This document shows, piece by piece, positions 48,467 to 57,661 of a stretch of 64,000 bases of DNA. Position 1 is the stretch's first letter; the number at the start of each line of letters is the position of its first letter. Source of the stretch: Candidatus Micrarchaeota archaeon (GTDB taxonomy: Archaea; Micrarchaeota; Micrarchaeia; Norongarragalinales; SBBD01); contig JAZDGU010000004.1 in assembly GCA_043806595.1 (NCBI GenBank), positions 1-64,000 on the forward strand, written 5' to 3'. The position numbers and the translations under genes are program-made. Below the pieces are notes generated by a model, which did not search any database, was not told where the DNA came from, and was given only the letters and a program-made list of their open reading frames with translations.

Positions 48467-49647
48467 ACAAACCGTTTGTCACGCAGGAAATCGGGAGCAT
48501 CCAGCGGCCCATCTGGAGGCAGAAGCTCTCCGCCCCAGCAGACAAGGCGTGGATTGCGGACGCGCTGGCGTGGGGCGAAAGGCTGGGGGTCGGGGAGAGG
48601 AAGGAGCTCGCGGACGGCAGGGGCGGCGGGCTGCTCGAGAAGGACGGAGCCCTCAGGACGGAAGAGGAAAGGGCGCGCATCGTGGAAATCGCGTCGATCT
48701 ACGTCATCCGGATGTTCGAGGGCGTCGGGCTCGACCGGGTATTCAACGGCGAGCAGCCGCGGACCGAGATGTACGACTTCCTCGCGAGGAACACCGAGGG
48801 CATCGAGCCCGCGGGCGTGCTGAACTCGTTCGACGCCAACTACTTCCGCAAGGGCATCGTGGCCTCGCCGGTCAAGGTGAAGGAAGAGGGGGCGCGCTTC
48901 TTCGAGGAGGAATTCGATTTCGTCCGCCGGCACACCGACCGGGAGGTGAAGCCGTGCCTCACCGGGCCGTACACGATGGCCGACTGGTCGTACATAGAGC
49001 ACCACCGCGCCGTCCGCGAACGTGCAGGAGAAGCGCCGCTGCAGGCGCTGCAGGGCGGAAGGCGGGACGCCATCATGGACTTCGCGGAACACGTGCTGAA
49101 CCCCGTGGTGCGCAGGCTCGCGGACGCCGGGGCGAAGGTGATCCAGGTGGACGAGCCGGCTGCCGCGACCAACGAGATGGAATCCGGCGTGTTCACCGCG
49201 GCCATCAACGCATCGTTTGAGGGCGTGCCGGCCGGCGTCGAGAAGGCGGTCCATTTGTGCTACAGCAGCTACCCTGCGCTCTTCCCCGCGCTCGCGGAAT
49301 GCGTCGCGGACTCGTACCTCATCGAATTCACCAACCACGCCTCGCCGACGCACTTCCGTCCGGACGAGGTGAGTCCCGAGGCCTTCAAGGCGATTGGGCT
49401 GTTCAAGGAATACGGCATGGAAGTCAACGTCGGCGTCGGCGTCATCGACATACACTCGGACGTCGTCGAGACCCCCGAGGTCGTCCGGGACAGGCTGCTG
49501 CACGCGGCGAGGCTGGTCGGAGACGCGGGGCGCGTGCAGGCCAACCCCGACTGCGGGCTGAGGACGCGACGGTGGGAGGTCGCCTACGCCAAGCTGAAAA
49601 GCATGGCGGAGGGCGCAGTGCTCGCAAGGAAGGAGGCGGGTGGTTGA
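48463..49647 (+). CDS. metE: Cobalamin-independent methionine synthase, catalytic (C-terminal-half) subunit
   Basis: TQEIGS, NGEQPR.EM, TGPYTM, IQVDEPA, HLCY, IEF, GVIDIHS and NPDCGLRT zinc-ligand motifs. Confidence 0.88.
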   Translation: MNKPFVTQEIGSIQRPIWRQKLSAPADKAWIADALAWGERLGVGERKELADGRGGGLLEKDGALRTEEERARIVEIASIYVIRMFEGVGLDRVFNGEQPRTEMYDFLARNTEGIEPAGVLNSFDANYFRKGIVASPVKVKEEGARFFEEEFDFVRRHTDREVKPCLTGPYTMADWSYIEHHRAVRERAGEAPLQALQGGRRDAIMDFAEHVLNPVVRRLADAGAKVIQVDEPAAATNEMESGVFTAAINASFEGVPAGVEKAVHLCYSSYPALFPALAECVADSYLIEFTNHASPTHFRPDEVSPEAFKAIGLFKEYGMEVNVGVGVIDIHSDVVETPEVVRDRLLHAARLVGDAGRVQANPDCGLRTRRWEVAYAKLKSMAEGAVLARKEAGG

Positions 49648-50575
49648 ATTGCTTCCCGGCCCGGTGATGTTCGAGGTCTCGCCGCCGTCCAAGAGGTCCT
49701 CCGCTGATGCCGTCGGCAAAGCGGTGGCCAAGATCGCGGACGCGGTCAAACGCACGCGCTGCATAGACGCGTTGAACGTGCCCGAGATCATCGCCGAAAA
49801 CCGCGACGGCGAGCCCCTGTACCGCAACATGGACGTGCTCGAGTTCGCCTCGCTGGTCTACAAGGCGACGGGCAAGCCCGTCGCGGTCAACAAGGTCGTG
49901 GCGTTCTTCAGCTCCGCCGAGGAATTCGACTCATGGCTCGGCAGGGCCTCGGCACAGGGAGGAATCTGCGCGGCGGTCCTCGTGGGCGGAAGCAGCGACG
50001 CGGTCAGGTACCTGGGGCCGCCGGTGATAGAGGCCGACCGCAGGGCGACCGCGTTCGCCGGCACCGGCGTTGGCAACATCTCCATCCCCGAAAGGCAGGG
50101 GGAGGCGGCGCGCGTCCTCGCGAAAACCGCGGCCGGCTGCTCGTTCTTCACGACGCAGGTAATCATGGAGCCGGAGAGCACGCTCGCACTGCTCAAAGAA
50201 TATTCCGGAAAATGCGGGGAAACCGGGATTGCGCCGGCGACGTTCTACCTGAGCCTCGCGCCAGTGGGGGACGCGCACGACCTCGAGTTCCTCAAGTGGC
50301 TGGGGGCGAAGGTGCCTCAGGAAGTCGAGAGCAGGCTCGCCGGCAGCTCGGACATGGCCTCCGAGTCCGTGGAAATCGCCTTGCAGACGTTCAATGCGAT
50401 ACTCGATTCCGCGGAAAGCCGCGCGCCCGACGTGCCGCTCGCGCTCAACGTCGAACCGATATCTATGCACAACCTCGAGCCGGCGGAAAGGCTGCTGCTC
50501 CGGCTGGAGAAGAGGACCCGCACGGCGCCCAAATGGATTGCCGCGCACGGCGAGGCGGCGGTCTCGAGCCGCTGA
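49640..50575 (+). CDS. Methylenetetrahydrofolate reductase-like protein (mycobacterial-type)
   Basis: FEVSPP, LNVPEIIAENRDG..P, ISIPERQGEAARV..K..GCSFFTTQ and LEFLKWLG motifs. Confidence 0.75.
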   Translation: MVELLPGPVMFEVSPPSKRSSADAVGKAVAKIADAVKRTRCIDALNVPEIIAENRDGEPLYRNMDVLEFASLVYKATGKPVAVNKVVAFFSSAEEFDSWLGRASAQGGICAAVLVGGSSDAVRYLGPPVIEADRRATAFAGTGVGNISIPERQGEAARVLAKTAAGCSFFTTQVIMEPESTLALLKEYSGKCGETGIAPATFYLSLAPVGDAHDLEFLKWLGAKVPQEVESRLAGSSDMASESVEIALQTFNAILDSAESRAPDVPLALNVEPISMHNLEPAERLLLRLEKRTRTAPKWIAAHGEAAVSSR

Positions 50576-50576
50576 C

Positions 50577-50744
50577 TCAAGCTATAGGAGAGAGCGCGAC
50601 TGCGAGCACGTCCGAGAACGAGACGCTCTCGGAGCCGTGGAACAGCACCAGGTGGTCCCATATTTGGGGCACGACAGCTTCTTTGCCGCCGCTGACGCGC
50701 ACCTCGCAACCCGAAGGGCACGCATAGCAGGCGTCCTTTTTCAT
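50577..50744 (-). CDS. Small DUF1059-like Cys/His protein (55 aa)
   Basis: MKKDACYACPSGCEVRVSG..IWDHLVLFHG: C-x3-C ... H-x4-H pattern. Confidence 0.55.
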   Translation of the reverse strand: MKKDACYACPSGCEVRVSGGKEAVVPQIWDHLVLFHGSESVSFSDVLAVALSPIA

Positions 50745-50771
50745 GCCAACACCCCTTAGAAAAAATACGAA

Positions 50772-50790
50772 TGGTATGAAATACATACCA
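50772..50790. promoter_or_regulatory. Inverted repeat, putative operator of the 50744 gene
   Basis: TGGTATG-AAATA-CATACCA (7-5-7) between a minus-strand TTATAT box and ATG 50744. Confidence 0.5.
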
Positions 50791-50835
50791 GATATAATTG
50801 GGAGGTTTAACCCTAAAAGATGCCGTTCTGCCGCG

Positions 50836-51357
50836 TCAATACCTTCCGCCGGCATACCTCGGGGGCGTGGCCTGCGGCGCGCCTGGCGAGGCCGAGGCCG
50901 CGAGGTAGCCGTAGAGCAGGCCCACCAACAGCGGCACCGCCTGGAATTCCTGAACCACGAGGAAGTTGAACGCGAGCACCGCCACGGCGCCCAGGAACGC
51001 GGGCACCGGGAAGAAGTTGAAGACGATGACGAGCGCGTACGGGTCCGCTGCGACGACTGCGCCGAGCAGGCCGCCCATGCCGGCTACCGCGGGCGAAACC
51101 GAGACGCCTAGGGCCGGCAGCGCGAGGGGGACCGCAGAGGCGAGCACCCACACGAGGGCTAGGTTCCACGGCCCGAGCCTCTTCTCGACGACCCCGCCGA
51201 TAAAGAATATGCCGAGCGCGCACCCGAAGAGCAGGAAGGGGTGCCGGATTGCGAAGAATGAGGTGACGTAGGCGAGCGGCGGCTCGGCGACGAAGGGGAA
51301 CAGCCACGAGGCTACCGAAACCGTGACCACGAGGGCGAAGAGCAGCTTGTGGAGCAT
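50836..51357 (-). CDS. Rhomboid-like membrane protein, apparently non-catalytic
   Basis: GIFFIGGVVEKRLGPW rhomboid motif; no GxSG serine and no TM6 His. Confidence 0.6.
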   Translation of the reverse strand: MLHKLLFALVVTVSVASWLFPFVAEPPLAYVTSFFAIRHPFLLFGCALGIFFIGGVVEKRLGPWNLALVWVLASAVPLALPALGVSVSPAVAGMGGLLGAVVAADPYALVIVFNFFPVPAFLGAVAVLAFNFLVVQEFQAVPLLVGLLYGYLAASASPGAPQATPPRYAGGRY

Positions 51358-51477
51358 AACGCGACTACACACAATCCAGCGCACGCCCCCCTTTTAAACG
51401 GCATATTTTGTCGGGCGGGCTCCGCAGGCTAAACGGGCAACCGCTGCCCCGAGTATGAAAACTGCCCCATTGCGGTC

Positions 51478-51729
51478 CTACTTCGGCGGCGCGGCCTCCG
51501 GCGGTAGCTGGCCCACGGGGATTTCCACGAAGCGCACGTTGTCGTCGTCCGCGGTGTAGATTATGCGGATTACCCCGCTGACGAGCTGCCTGTCATTGAG
51601 CTTGTCGAAGAACATGAGCGACGTGTCCTCCTTGACGCCGACGGCGCCCTCGAACACCGCGTCTATCGGCGAGAAGCCGGCCTTCTTGAGGGACTCTATC
51701 ATCTTGAGCACTTCGTCCTTGACCTTCAT
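51478..51729 (-). CDS. Hypothetical protein (83 aa)
   Basis: MKVKDEVLKMIESLKKAGF...; host-like codon usage; GGTGG SD. Confidence 0.7.
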   Translation of the reverse strand: MKVKDEVLKMIESLKKAGFSPIDAVFEGAVGVKEDTSLMFFDKLNDRQLVSGVIRIIYTADDDNVRFVEIPVGQLPPEAAPPK

Positions 51730-51864
51730 GCGAACCACCCCTGCAGAAACACAAATTGCACGCATTACTGGCAATAGGTTTAAATACATATGGCTATTAT
51801 GACTGGCTTCGCGCAAAAAACCCACTTGCGCTAAAACCGATTCCGGCAGACAAGGTGAGTCCGC

Positions 51865-52020
51865 ATGACCGTGAAGGGAGACGAGCTCGTGTACAACTGC
51901 AGGAACTGCTACTGCACGTACGGCTACGGCATCAACCTCAAGCCCTCGGGCAACGCCTACTCCTGCCCGCAGTGTAGCACGCGCTACATAGCGCAGCAGG
52001 GCTACATGGTCAGGGCGTGA
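51865..52020 (+). CDS. Zinc-ribbon microprotein (51 aa)
   Basis: Manual translation MTVKGDELVYNCRNCYCTYGYGINLKPSGNAYSCPQCSTRYIAQQGYMVRA; two CxxC; GGTGA SD. Confidence 0.75.
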   Translation: MTVKGDELVYNCRNCYCTYGYGINLKPSGNAYSCPQCSTRYIAQQGYMVRA

Positions 52021-52060
52021 GACGTAACCGGATTTAAACCTGCCCGCTCATTCTGAACGC

Positions 52061-52819
52061 ATGAACAAGCTCCGCGAACCTGAATCGTCCAAGGAGCACA
52101 TCGCCGACGCCATCTTCAACGCGTACAAACACCCGCTGGAGAACATCGAGGAAGTCGTCACGCGCCCGCCGAAGGCCTTTATCGACTATCTAGAGTTCGT
52201 GGCGACGATCGGGGCGCTTGCCGGCGCGATGGGCGTGCGCTGGCAGAAGCGGAAACCCGGCAGCCCGCTTGGAGGGAGGCGCAAATTCGACGTCGTAGGG
52301 GGCGCGCACGATACGGCGCGCGTGCCCACGGTCAACCTCGAAACCGTCCAACCGGAGATAACCGAGTTCGCGGGCTGGCAGAACAGCTACCACGCGCGCA
52401 ACAGCTTCTACCAGCACCTGCTGAAAATGCCGGTACGCGGAAAAAACTGGCAGACCCAAAGGCTGCGCGCCGGCGCCGCGTGGAACACGTTGCTCGGGCA
52501 AGTCGGACGCGCCAAGGCGTACACCCCGAAGGAAATCCGGGCCAACGACCTAGGGATTGCCGTGGAACGCATAGCACGGAAGTCTGCGCACTCCGCGGGG
52601 CGCGAGTATATCGCAGGGTTAAGGGAGGCCTTTGCGGAACTCATGCGCGCCAACGCCGAAGGGCGGTTGCCGGAGGCGAATGAGGAATTCCAGAGGTATG
52701 CGGCGCGGACGGCGAGACTTGCAATCAAGAGGGGCCACGAGGAGGGCCTGCGGCTCCGGCAGGAAAAGCGCTTCAAGCCCCTGCTGGAGAACTTCAAGGG
52801 CGACCCCGCGCCGGCCTGA
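52061..52819 (+). CDS. Hypothetical protein
   Basis: 252-aa ORF with TTTAAA TATA upstream; no recognised family. Confidence 0.6.
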   Translation: MNKLREPESSKEHIADAIFNAYKHPLENIEEVVTRPPKAFIDYLEFVATIGALAGAMGVRWQKRKPGSPLGGRRKFDVVGGAHDTARVPTVNLETVQPEITEFAGWQNSYHARNSFYQHLLKMPVRGKNWQTQRLRAGAAWNTLLGQVGRAKAYTPKEIRANDLGIAVERIARKSAHSAGREYIAGLREAFAELMRANAEGRLPEANEEFQRYAARTARLAIKRGHEEGLRLRQEKRFKPLLENFKGDPAPA

Positions 52820-52869
52820 CGGCTTGCATGGCAGAGAAGCGAATGCGGTTGGCGGAAAGACGAGCATGC

Positions 52870-53346
52870 CTAAAGCCGGAAACCTACGCCCCTGCGCTCA
52901 GCCTGGTAATTGTAGCCCATGCGGAACGCAAATTCCATTGCGCGGTTTAAATCGGCTGGATTGCGGGCGCTGATTGACGGCGCCAGTTTCCGGGCCAGTG
53001 CATGGGCGCGCAGGCCGGAACGGCGGTCCTCCCCCTCGAACGGTTTTTGGGAGACACGCCGGTCTCCTTGGACCTTCACGCCGAAGGCATGCGCGCGCAA
53101 GAGGCAATCGAGGAGAAACGACTTCGGCGACTCGAGCGGCTTGATCTCGCGGATATGCTCCTGCCACCTGCGGGCGATGGGCCGTGCGAACCTCGAAAAA
53201 TTGCGTTCAGCCCGGGGAGAAAGCGGAATCAAATGCAGGTCGGAGAGTTTGAAGCCGTTCAACGCCAGATCGGAGACGAACGGGTCGCCCATAAGCTCAG
53301 GATCAGCCTTGCGGCTATCGCGCCAACTCCGAATTCTTTCTCCCAT
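52870..53346 (-). CDS. Hypothetical basic protein
   Basis: 158-aa ORF starting MGERIRSW; no recognised family. Confidence 0.55.
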   Translation of the reverse strand: MGERIRSWRDSRKADPELMGDPFVSDLALNGFKLSDLHLIPLSPRAERNFSRFARPIARRWQEHIREIKPLESPKSFLLDCLLRAHAFGVKVQGDRRVSQKPFEGEDRRSGLRAHALARKLAPSISARNPADLNRAMEFAFRMGYNYQAERRGVGFRL

Positions 53347-53415
53347 GCCAAATACCCGAATCCAGCAATAGAATGCTCTCCTTTTTTATTCCTTGCAAGG
53401 CATAGCAATACCACC

Positions 53416-53994
53416 ATGGACGACAAGGCCAAGATAGACGAGAAGAATTACACCGAGGCGGAGCTCAACCAACTGTTCCGTGACGCGGGAAAGAGGGGCG
53501 CGGTGCTCGCGCTGCTCCATTTCGACGCCTACGGCAGGGACAAGGAGGTCATCCGGCAGGCCATAGTCGAGATGGTTTCCAGCGTCACGCGCGAGCCCGG
53601 CGTAATCTATGCCAAGGGCGAGGTCGAGGAGGTCCGCGAGGGCAAGGACAAGGACGGCAACACGGAATTCTCGACGTACACGGAGGTCAAGGTGCTCTTC
53701 GCGAGCCTCAGCCGCGCGCTCTCGCTCTGCCTGAAATACGCGCCGGTAGCGGTAGAAATTCTGGAGCCGGCGGAGCTGAAGCTGAACGCCGAGGAAATCC
53801 AGAACATCATGCTGGACGCGAGCAGCATCAGCCAGCAGTACACGAATTTCTACATGAAGAAGCTGTTGAGCAAGGAGGAGCTCGCAGACTTCCAGGACCA
53901 CTTGAAGAAGCGCGCGGAGGAGGGCAGGAGGCTGCTGGAGAAGGCCGGGGATCCCAAGAAGGAGGAAACCCTGAAGCCTGAAGAGAAGAAGTGA
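53416..53994 (+). CDS. Conserved archaeal hypothetical protein
   Basis: FSTYTEV and LKYAPVAVEILEP motifs; strong host codon usage; start ATG 53416. Confidence 0.8.
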   Translation: MDDKAKIDEKNYTEAELNQLFRDAGKRGAVLALLHFDAYGRDKEVIRQAIVEMVSSVTREPGVIYAKGEVEEVREGKDKDGNTEFSTYTEVKVLFASLSRALSLCLKYAPVAVEILEPAELKLNAEEIQNIMLDASSISQQYTNFYMKKLLSKEELADFQDHLKKRAEEGRRLLEKAGDPKKEETLKPEEKK

Positions 53995-54082
53995 ACCCCG
54001 GGGGGCGGACCCCCGGGCGAAAGATTTAAGAGCACGGGCACAGTATCTAGGAATCCCGTAGGAACCCACCGGGACTGAGGCC

Positions 54083-54811
54083 ATGCCAGAAGACGAGTCT
54101 TTCGACGACGAGGAATCCGTTGCGGAGCGCGCTGCAGAAGACTTCCGCCAGCTTGACCTGAGCGAGTTCGTCAAGGAGCCGAGCTGGCGCGAGGTCCTGC
54201 TGGAGGCGATAGAGAACGAGCGGCTCGACCCGTGGAACGTCGACATCGCCAAGGTCGCGGACGCCTACCTGCAGACCGTGCGCAAGATGCAGGCGCTCGA
54301 CCTGCGCGTTCCCGCGAACGTCATACTGGCAAGCGCGCTGCTGCTGCAGTACAAGGCGCAGGCCTTGCGGCTGGAGGAGCCCGAGCCCGCGGTCGAGGAG
54401 CAGGTGCGCGCGCTCTACGACGAGGAGATTCCGGCGCTCGCATACAACACGAACAACCCGAGGACGAGGCCGGTGACGCTCGGCGAGCTGCTGGAGGCCG
54501 TCGAGGAGGTTCTGAGCCAGGGCCCGAGGGAGATTCCGCGGAGGGAGAGGCCCGCTCCCCTGGAGCTGGAACTTCCCAAGGAGGAAATGCACGAGCTCAT
54601 GCAGAGGGTATACGACAGGGCGCACGAGTTGAAGGACCGGGAGAGCATGCTGCTCTTCTCCAGCCTAGCAAGAAGCTTCAACGGCCACGGCGAGCCCGCG
54701 GCCAGCGTCGTGTCCCACAGCCTCATTCCCGTGCTGCACCTCGTGCAGGACCAGAGGATGATGGCGTGGCAGGACGCGCTTTTCGGCGAGATATTCATCA
54801 AGGTCTACTGA
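54083..54811 (+). CDS. scpA: Segregation and condensation protein A (kleisin)
   Basis: LDPWNVDIAKVADAYL, NVILASALLLQYKA, RPVTLGELL and WQDALFGEIFI motifs. Confidence 0.9.
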   Translation: MPEDESFDDEESVAERAAEDFRQLDLSEFVKEPSWREVLLEAIENERLDPWNVDIAKVADAYLQTVRKMQALDLRVPANVILASALLLQYKAQALRLEEPEPAVEEQVRALYDEEIPALAYNTNNPRTRPVTLGELLEAVEEVLSQGPREIPRRERPAPLELELPKEEMHELMQRVYDRAHELKDRESMLLFSSLARSFNGHGEPAASVVSHSLIPVLHLVQDQRMMAWQDALFGEIFIKVY

Positions 54812-54841
54812 CCCTGCGCTGCAGCCTTCCGAAAAGCCGGC

Positions 54842-55735
54842 TCAACCGCACTCCGAGAGCGAGAAGCACGCCCCCTCGCGGTATTCGCAGCCCTTGAAGA
54901 CGGCGGGCGCGCCGGAATCGCATAACAGGAGCGCCTCGCTGCATGTGTCCGGCCGGGACTCGAGGCAGCAGATGCCGTCGTGTGCGACGCAGTTACCGGC
55001 AACGGGGGCTGCGGGGGGCTCGGCAGCGCAGTCCTGCGGGCAGTTCTCCGGGGTCTCAACGAGCGGGCAGCCCGCGCCGGTGCAGCTGACCCTCTGGCAG
55101 AAGCCGTCGCCGCAGTCGGGGTTGAAGAAGCGGGCCCCGAACTCTTCGGGGGTGAGCAGGCTTGCCAGCGGGGAGAACGAGTAGGAGCCGAGGTCAATGC
55201 GGAGGGAGCGGGCGTCGATGTCCAGTATGAGCCGGGACTCCTGTCCGGCAAGGACGATGAACGGGCTGCCCACCGCGACGGACGACTTCGGGGCCTTGAC
55301 CGAGTATTTCTTGAGAACCGGCGCACAGACGGACCTCGGCAGCTGGTTGAACGGAAGGCCGTAGCACTCCTTCGGCTTCTCCCCGAAGAGCGCGCGCACG
55401 GACGACACCCTGAAGCGCAGCTTGGTGTAGCCGCCCTGCGCCAGCGGGAAGCGGCCCCAAGGAGCGGAACGGTTCGCCAGCGCGATCAAATCGAAGTCCT
55501 TCGCGGACTTGGAGAGCAGCACCCAGCCGCCCTCCCCTGCAGTCGAGGCGTAAAGGTCCGTTAGGGTGACGTTGAGCTGGAGCAGGCCGGGCAGCGGGGC
55601 GTCGACGACTTCCAGCACGAGGAAGCCGGAATCCGGGCCGGGTTCCGGCGACGCACGGGCGAAAGGGTTCGGTATGGTGCAGCCCGCAAGCAGTATGAAC
55701 GCGGCGGCCAATGACGCAAAGGCAGGGAACCGCAT
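54842..55735 (-). CDS. Lipoprotein with DUF4382-like domain and Cys-rich C-terminus
   Basis: LLAGC lipobox; VVDAP, FDLIAL, GGYTKLRF and LILDID motifs; CGDGFC..ETPENCPQDC motif. Confidence 0.8.
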   Translation of the reverse strand: MRFPAFASLAAAFILLAGCTIPNPFARASPEPGPDSGFLVLEVVDAPLPGLLQLNVTLTDLYASTAGEGGWVLLSKSAKDFDLIALANRSAPWGRFPLAQGGYTKLRFRVSSVRALFGEKPKECYGLPFNQLPRSVCAPVLKKYSVKAPKSSVAVGSPFIVLAGQESRLILDIDARSLRIDLGSYSFSPLASLLTPEEFGARFFNPDCGDGFCQRVSCTGAGCPLVETPENCPQDCAAEPPAAPVAGNCVAHDGICCLESRPDTCSEALLLCDSGAPAVFKGCEYREGACFSLSECG

Positions 55736-55950
55736 GACGGAATAGGAACGCGGGGCGGTATAAAAATGCTCGGCACGGGAGACGACGGGAAGGTGGAAAC
55801 GCCAAAATGGGCGCCGGGGGATAAAGATAAAGTTTTTATTCTTTGAATGCGATGGTTATTGGCGATTGGACGTTTTCCTAGCGGGCTAGGATGGGGTTTC
55901 ACGGGCTTACTGCTAATTGTCTGTGACGGAAAACTACAGGGGTGGATAAT

Positions 55951-57603
55951 ATGGCACAGGACGGACGGCTGGGCAACCAGCAGATGGTGATACTGCCAGA
56001 GGGCTCCCAGAGAATCCTCGGCAGGGACGCGCAGCGCACGAACATAGCCGTCGGCTACGCGGTCGCGCAGGCGATCAAGAGCACGCTCGGGCCGCGCGGC
56101 ATGGACAAGATGCTCGTCGACGAGATGGGCGACATCGTGATAACGAACGACGGAGCGACAATCCTGAAGGAAATCAACATTGAGCACCCCGCGGGCAAGA
56201 TGATGGTGGAAATCGCCAAGACGCAGGACGACGAGGTCGGCGACGGCACGACGACGGCCGTAGTGCTGGCCGGCGAGCTTCTGAAGAAGAGCCTCGAGCT
56301 GCTGGACCAGAACATCCACGCCTCGACGATAATCACGGGCTACAAGTCCGCGGCCGCGAAGGCAATCGAGTTCCTCGAGAAGCACAGCGAGGCGGTGTCG
56401 CACAAGGACAAGGAGCTGCTCGAGGAAATCGCGAGCATCAGCATGGGAAGCAAGACCGTCGGCTCCGGCGGGGCCAAGGACGTGCTCGCCAAGCTCGTGG
56501 TCTCCGCGGTGACGCAGGTCGCGGAGGTCAGGGACGGCAAGATTAAGATCGACAAGGACTACGTCAAGCTCGAGAAGAAGCAGGGAGGGGACGTCATGCA
56601 GACTTCCCTCATCAACGGCGTGCTCATCGACAAGGAGGTCGTGCACCCCGGCATGCCCAAGAGCCTTTCCAACGCAAAGATTGCGCTCGTGGACACAGCG
56701 CTTGAAATCGAGAAGACCGAGACCGACGCGCGCATCAGCATAACCTCGCCAAACCAGATGACCGCCTTCCTCGAGCAGGAGGAGAAGATGCTCAAGGACA
56801 TGGTGGACAAGGTTGCGAAGAGCGGATGCAACGTGCTGTTCTGCCAGAAAGGGATAGACGACGTCGCGCAGCACTACCTGAGCAAGAAGGGAATCACCGC
56901 GGCGAGGCGAGTCAAGAAGAGCGACATGGAGAAGCTCGTCAGGGCGACCGGCGCAAGGATCGTCACCACGCTGGACGACCTGAGCGAGAAGGACCTCGGA
57001 AAGGCCGGCCTCGTGGAGGAGCGCAAGATTGCAGGCGAGCAGATGATCTTCGTCGAGAAGTGCCACAACCCGAAGAGCGTGACGATACTCGTCCGCGCGG
57101 GCACCCAGCACGTGGTGGACGAGGCCGAGCGCGCGGTGGTCGACGCCATCGGCGCGGTATCGAGCGCCATCGAGGAGGGCAAGTACGTCTACGGCGGCGG
57201 GAGCGTGGAGATGGAGCTCGCCATGCACCTCAGGAAGTATGCGGTCGAGGTCGGCGGGCGCGAGCAGCTGGCGATAACCGCGTTCGCGGAGGCCATGGAA
57301 GTCATACCCAAGACCCTCGCCGAGAGCTGCGGCATGGACGCCATAGACACGCTAGTCGAGCTGCGCACCAAGCACGAGAAGCAGGGCAAGAGCCTAGGCG
57401 TGGACGTCTATTCCGCAAAGCTGGCGGACATGAAGGCGCTGAAGGTGATCGAGCCCATGAAGATAAAGAAGCAGGCCATCCAGAGCGCTTCCGAGGTCAC
57501 CGAGATGCTGTTGCGCATCGACGACATCATCGCCAGCAGGGGCAAGCCATCGATGCCGCCGGGCGGCGCAGGCGGGCCGGGCGGCGGCATGGACATGGAT
57601 TAA
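55951..57603 (+). CDS. ths: Thermosome (group II chaperonin) subunit
   Basis: [34 protein letters not shown] and LLRIDD motifs; GGM tail. Confidence 0.97.
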   Translation: MAQDGRLGNQQMVILPEGSQRILGRDAQRTNIAVGYAVAQAIKSTLGPRGMDKMLVDEMGDIVITNDGATILKEINIEHPAGKMMVEIAKTQDDEVGDGTTTAVVLAGELLKKSLELLDQNIHASTIITGYKSAAAKAIEFLEKHSEAVSHKDKELLEEIASISMGSKTVGSGGAKDVLAKLVVSAVTQVAEVRDGKIKIDKDYVKLEKKQGGDVMQTSLINGVLIDKEVVHPGMPKSLSNAKIALVDTALEIEKTETDARISITSPNQMTAFLEQEEKMLKDMVDKVAKSGCNVLFCQKGIDDVAQHYLSKKGITAARRVKKSDMEKLVRATGARIVTTLDDLSEKDLGKAGLVEERKIAGEQMIFVEKCHNPKSVTILVRAGTQHVVDEAERAVVDAIGAVSSAIEEGKYVYGGGSVEMELAMHLRKYAVEVGGREQLAITAFAEAMEVIPKTLAESCGMDAIDTLVELRTKHEKQGKSLGVDVYSAKLADMKALKVIEPMKIKKQAIQSASEVTEMLLRIDDIIASRGKPSMPPGGAGGPGGGMDMD

Positions 57604-57610
57604 GGGCTCT

Positions 57611-57642
57611 AACGCGCGGGCCCCCGTTTCCTTTTTTATTTT
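57611..57642 (+). terminator. Putative terminator after the thermosome gene
   Basis: GC-rich imperfect hairpin followed by TTTCCTTTTTTATTTT. Confidence 0.45.
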
Positions 57643-57661
57643 GAACTTCCTAGTGGAAGCC

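Noticed and set aside
55561..57228. 555-aa minus-strand ORF
   Set aside because: Antisense mirror of the thermosome gene caused by codon bias.
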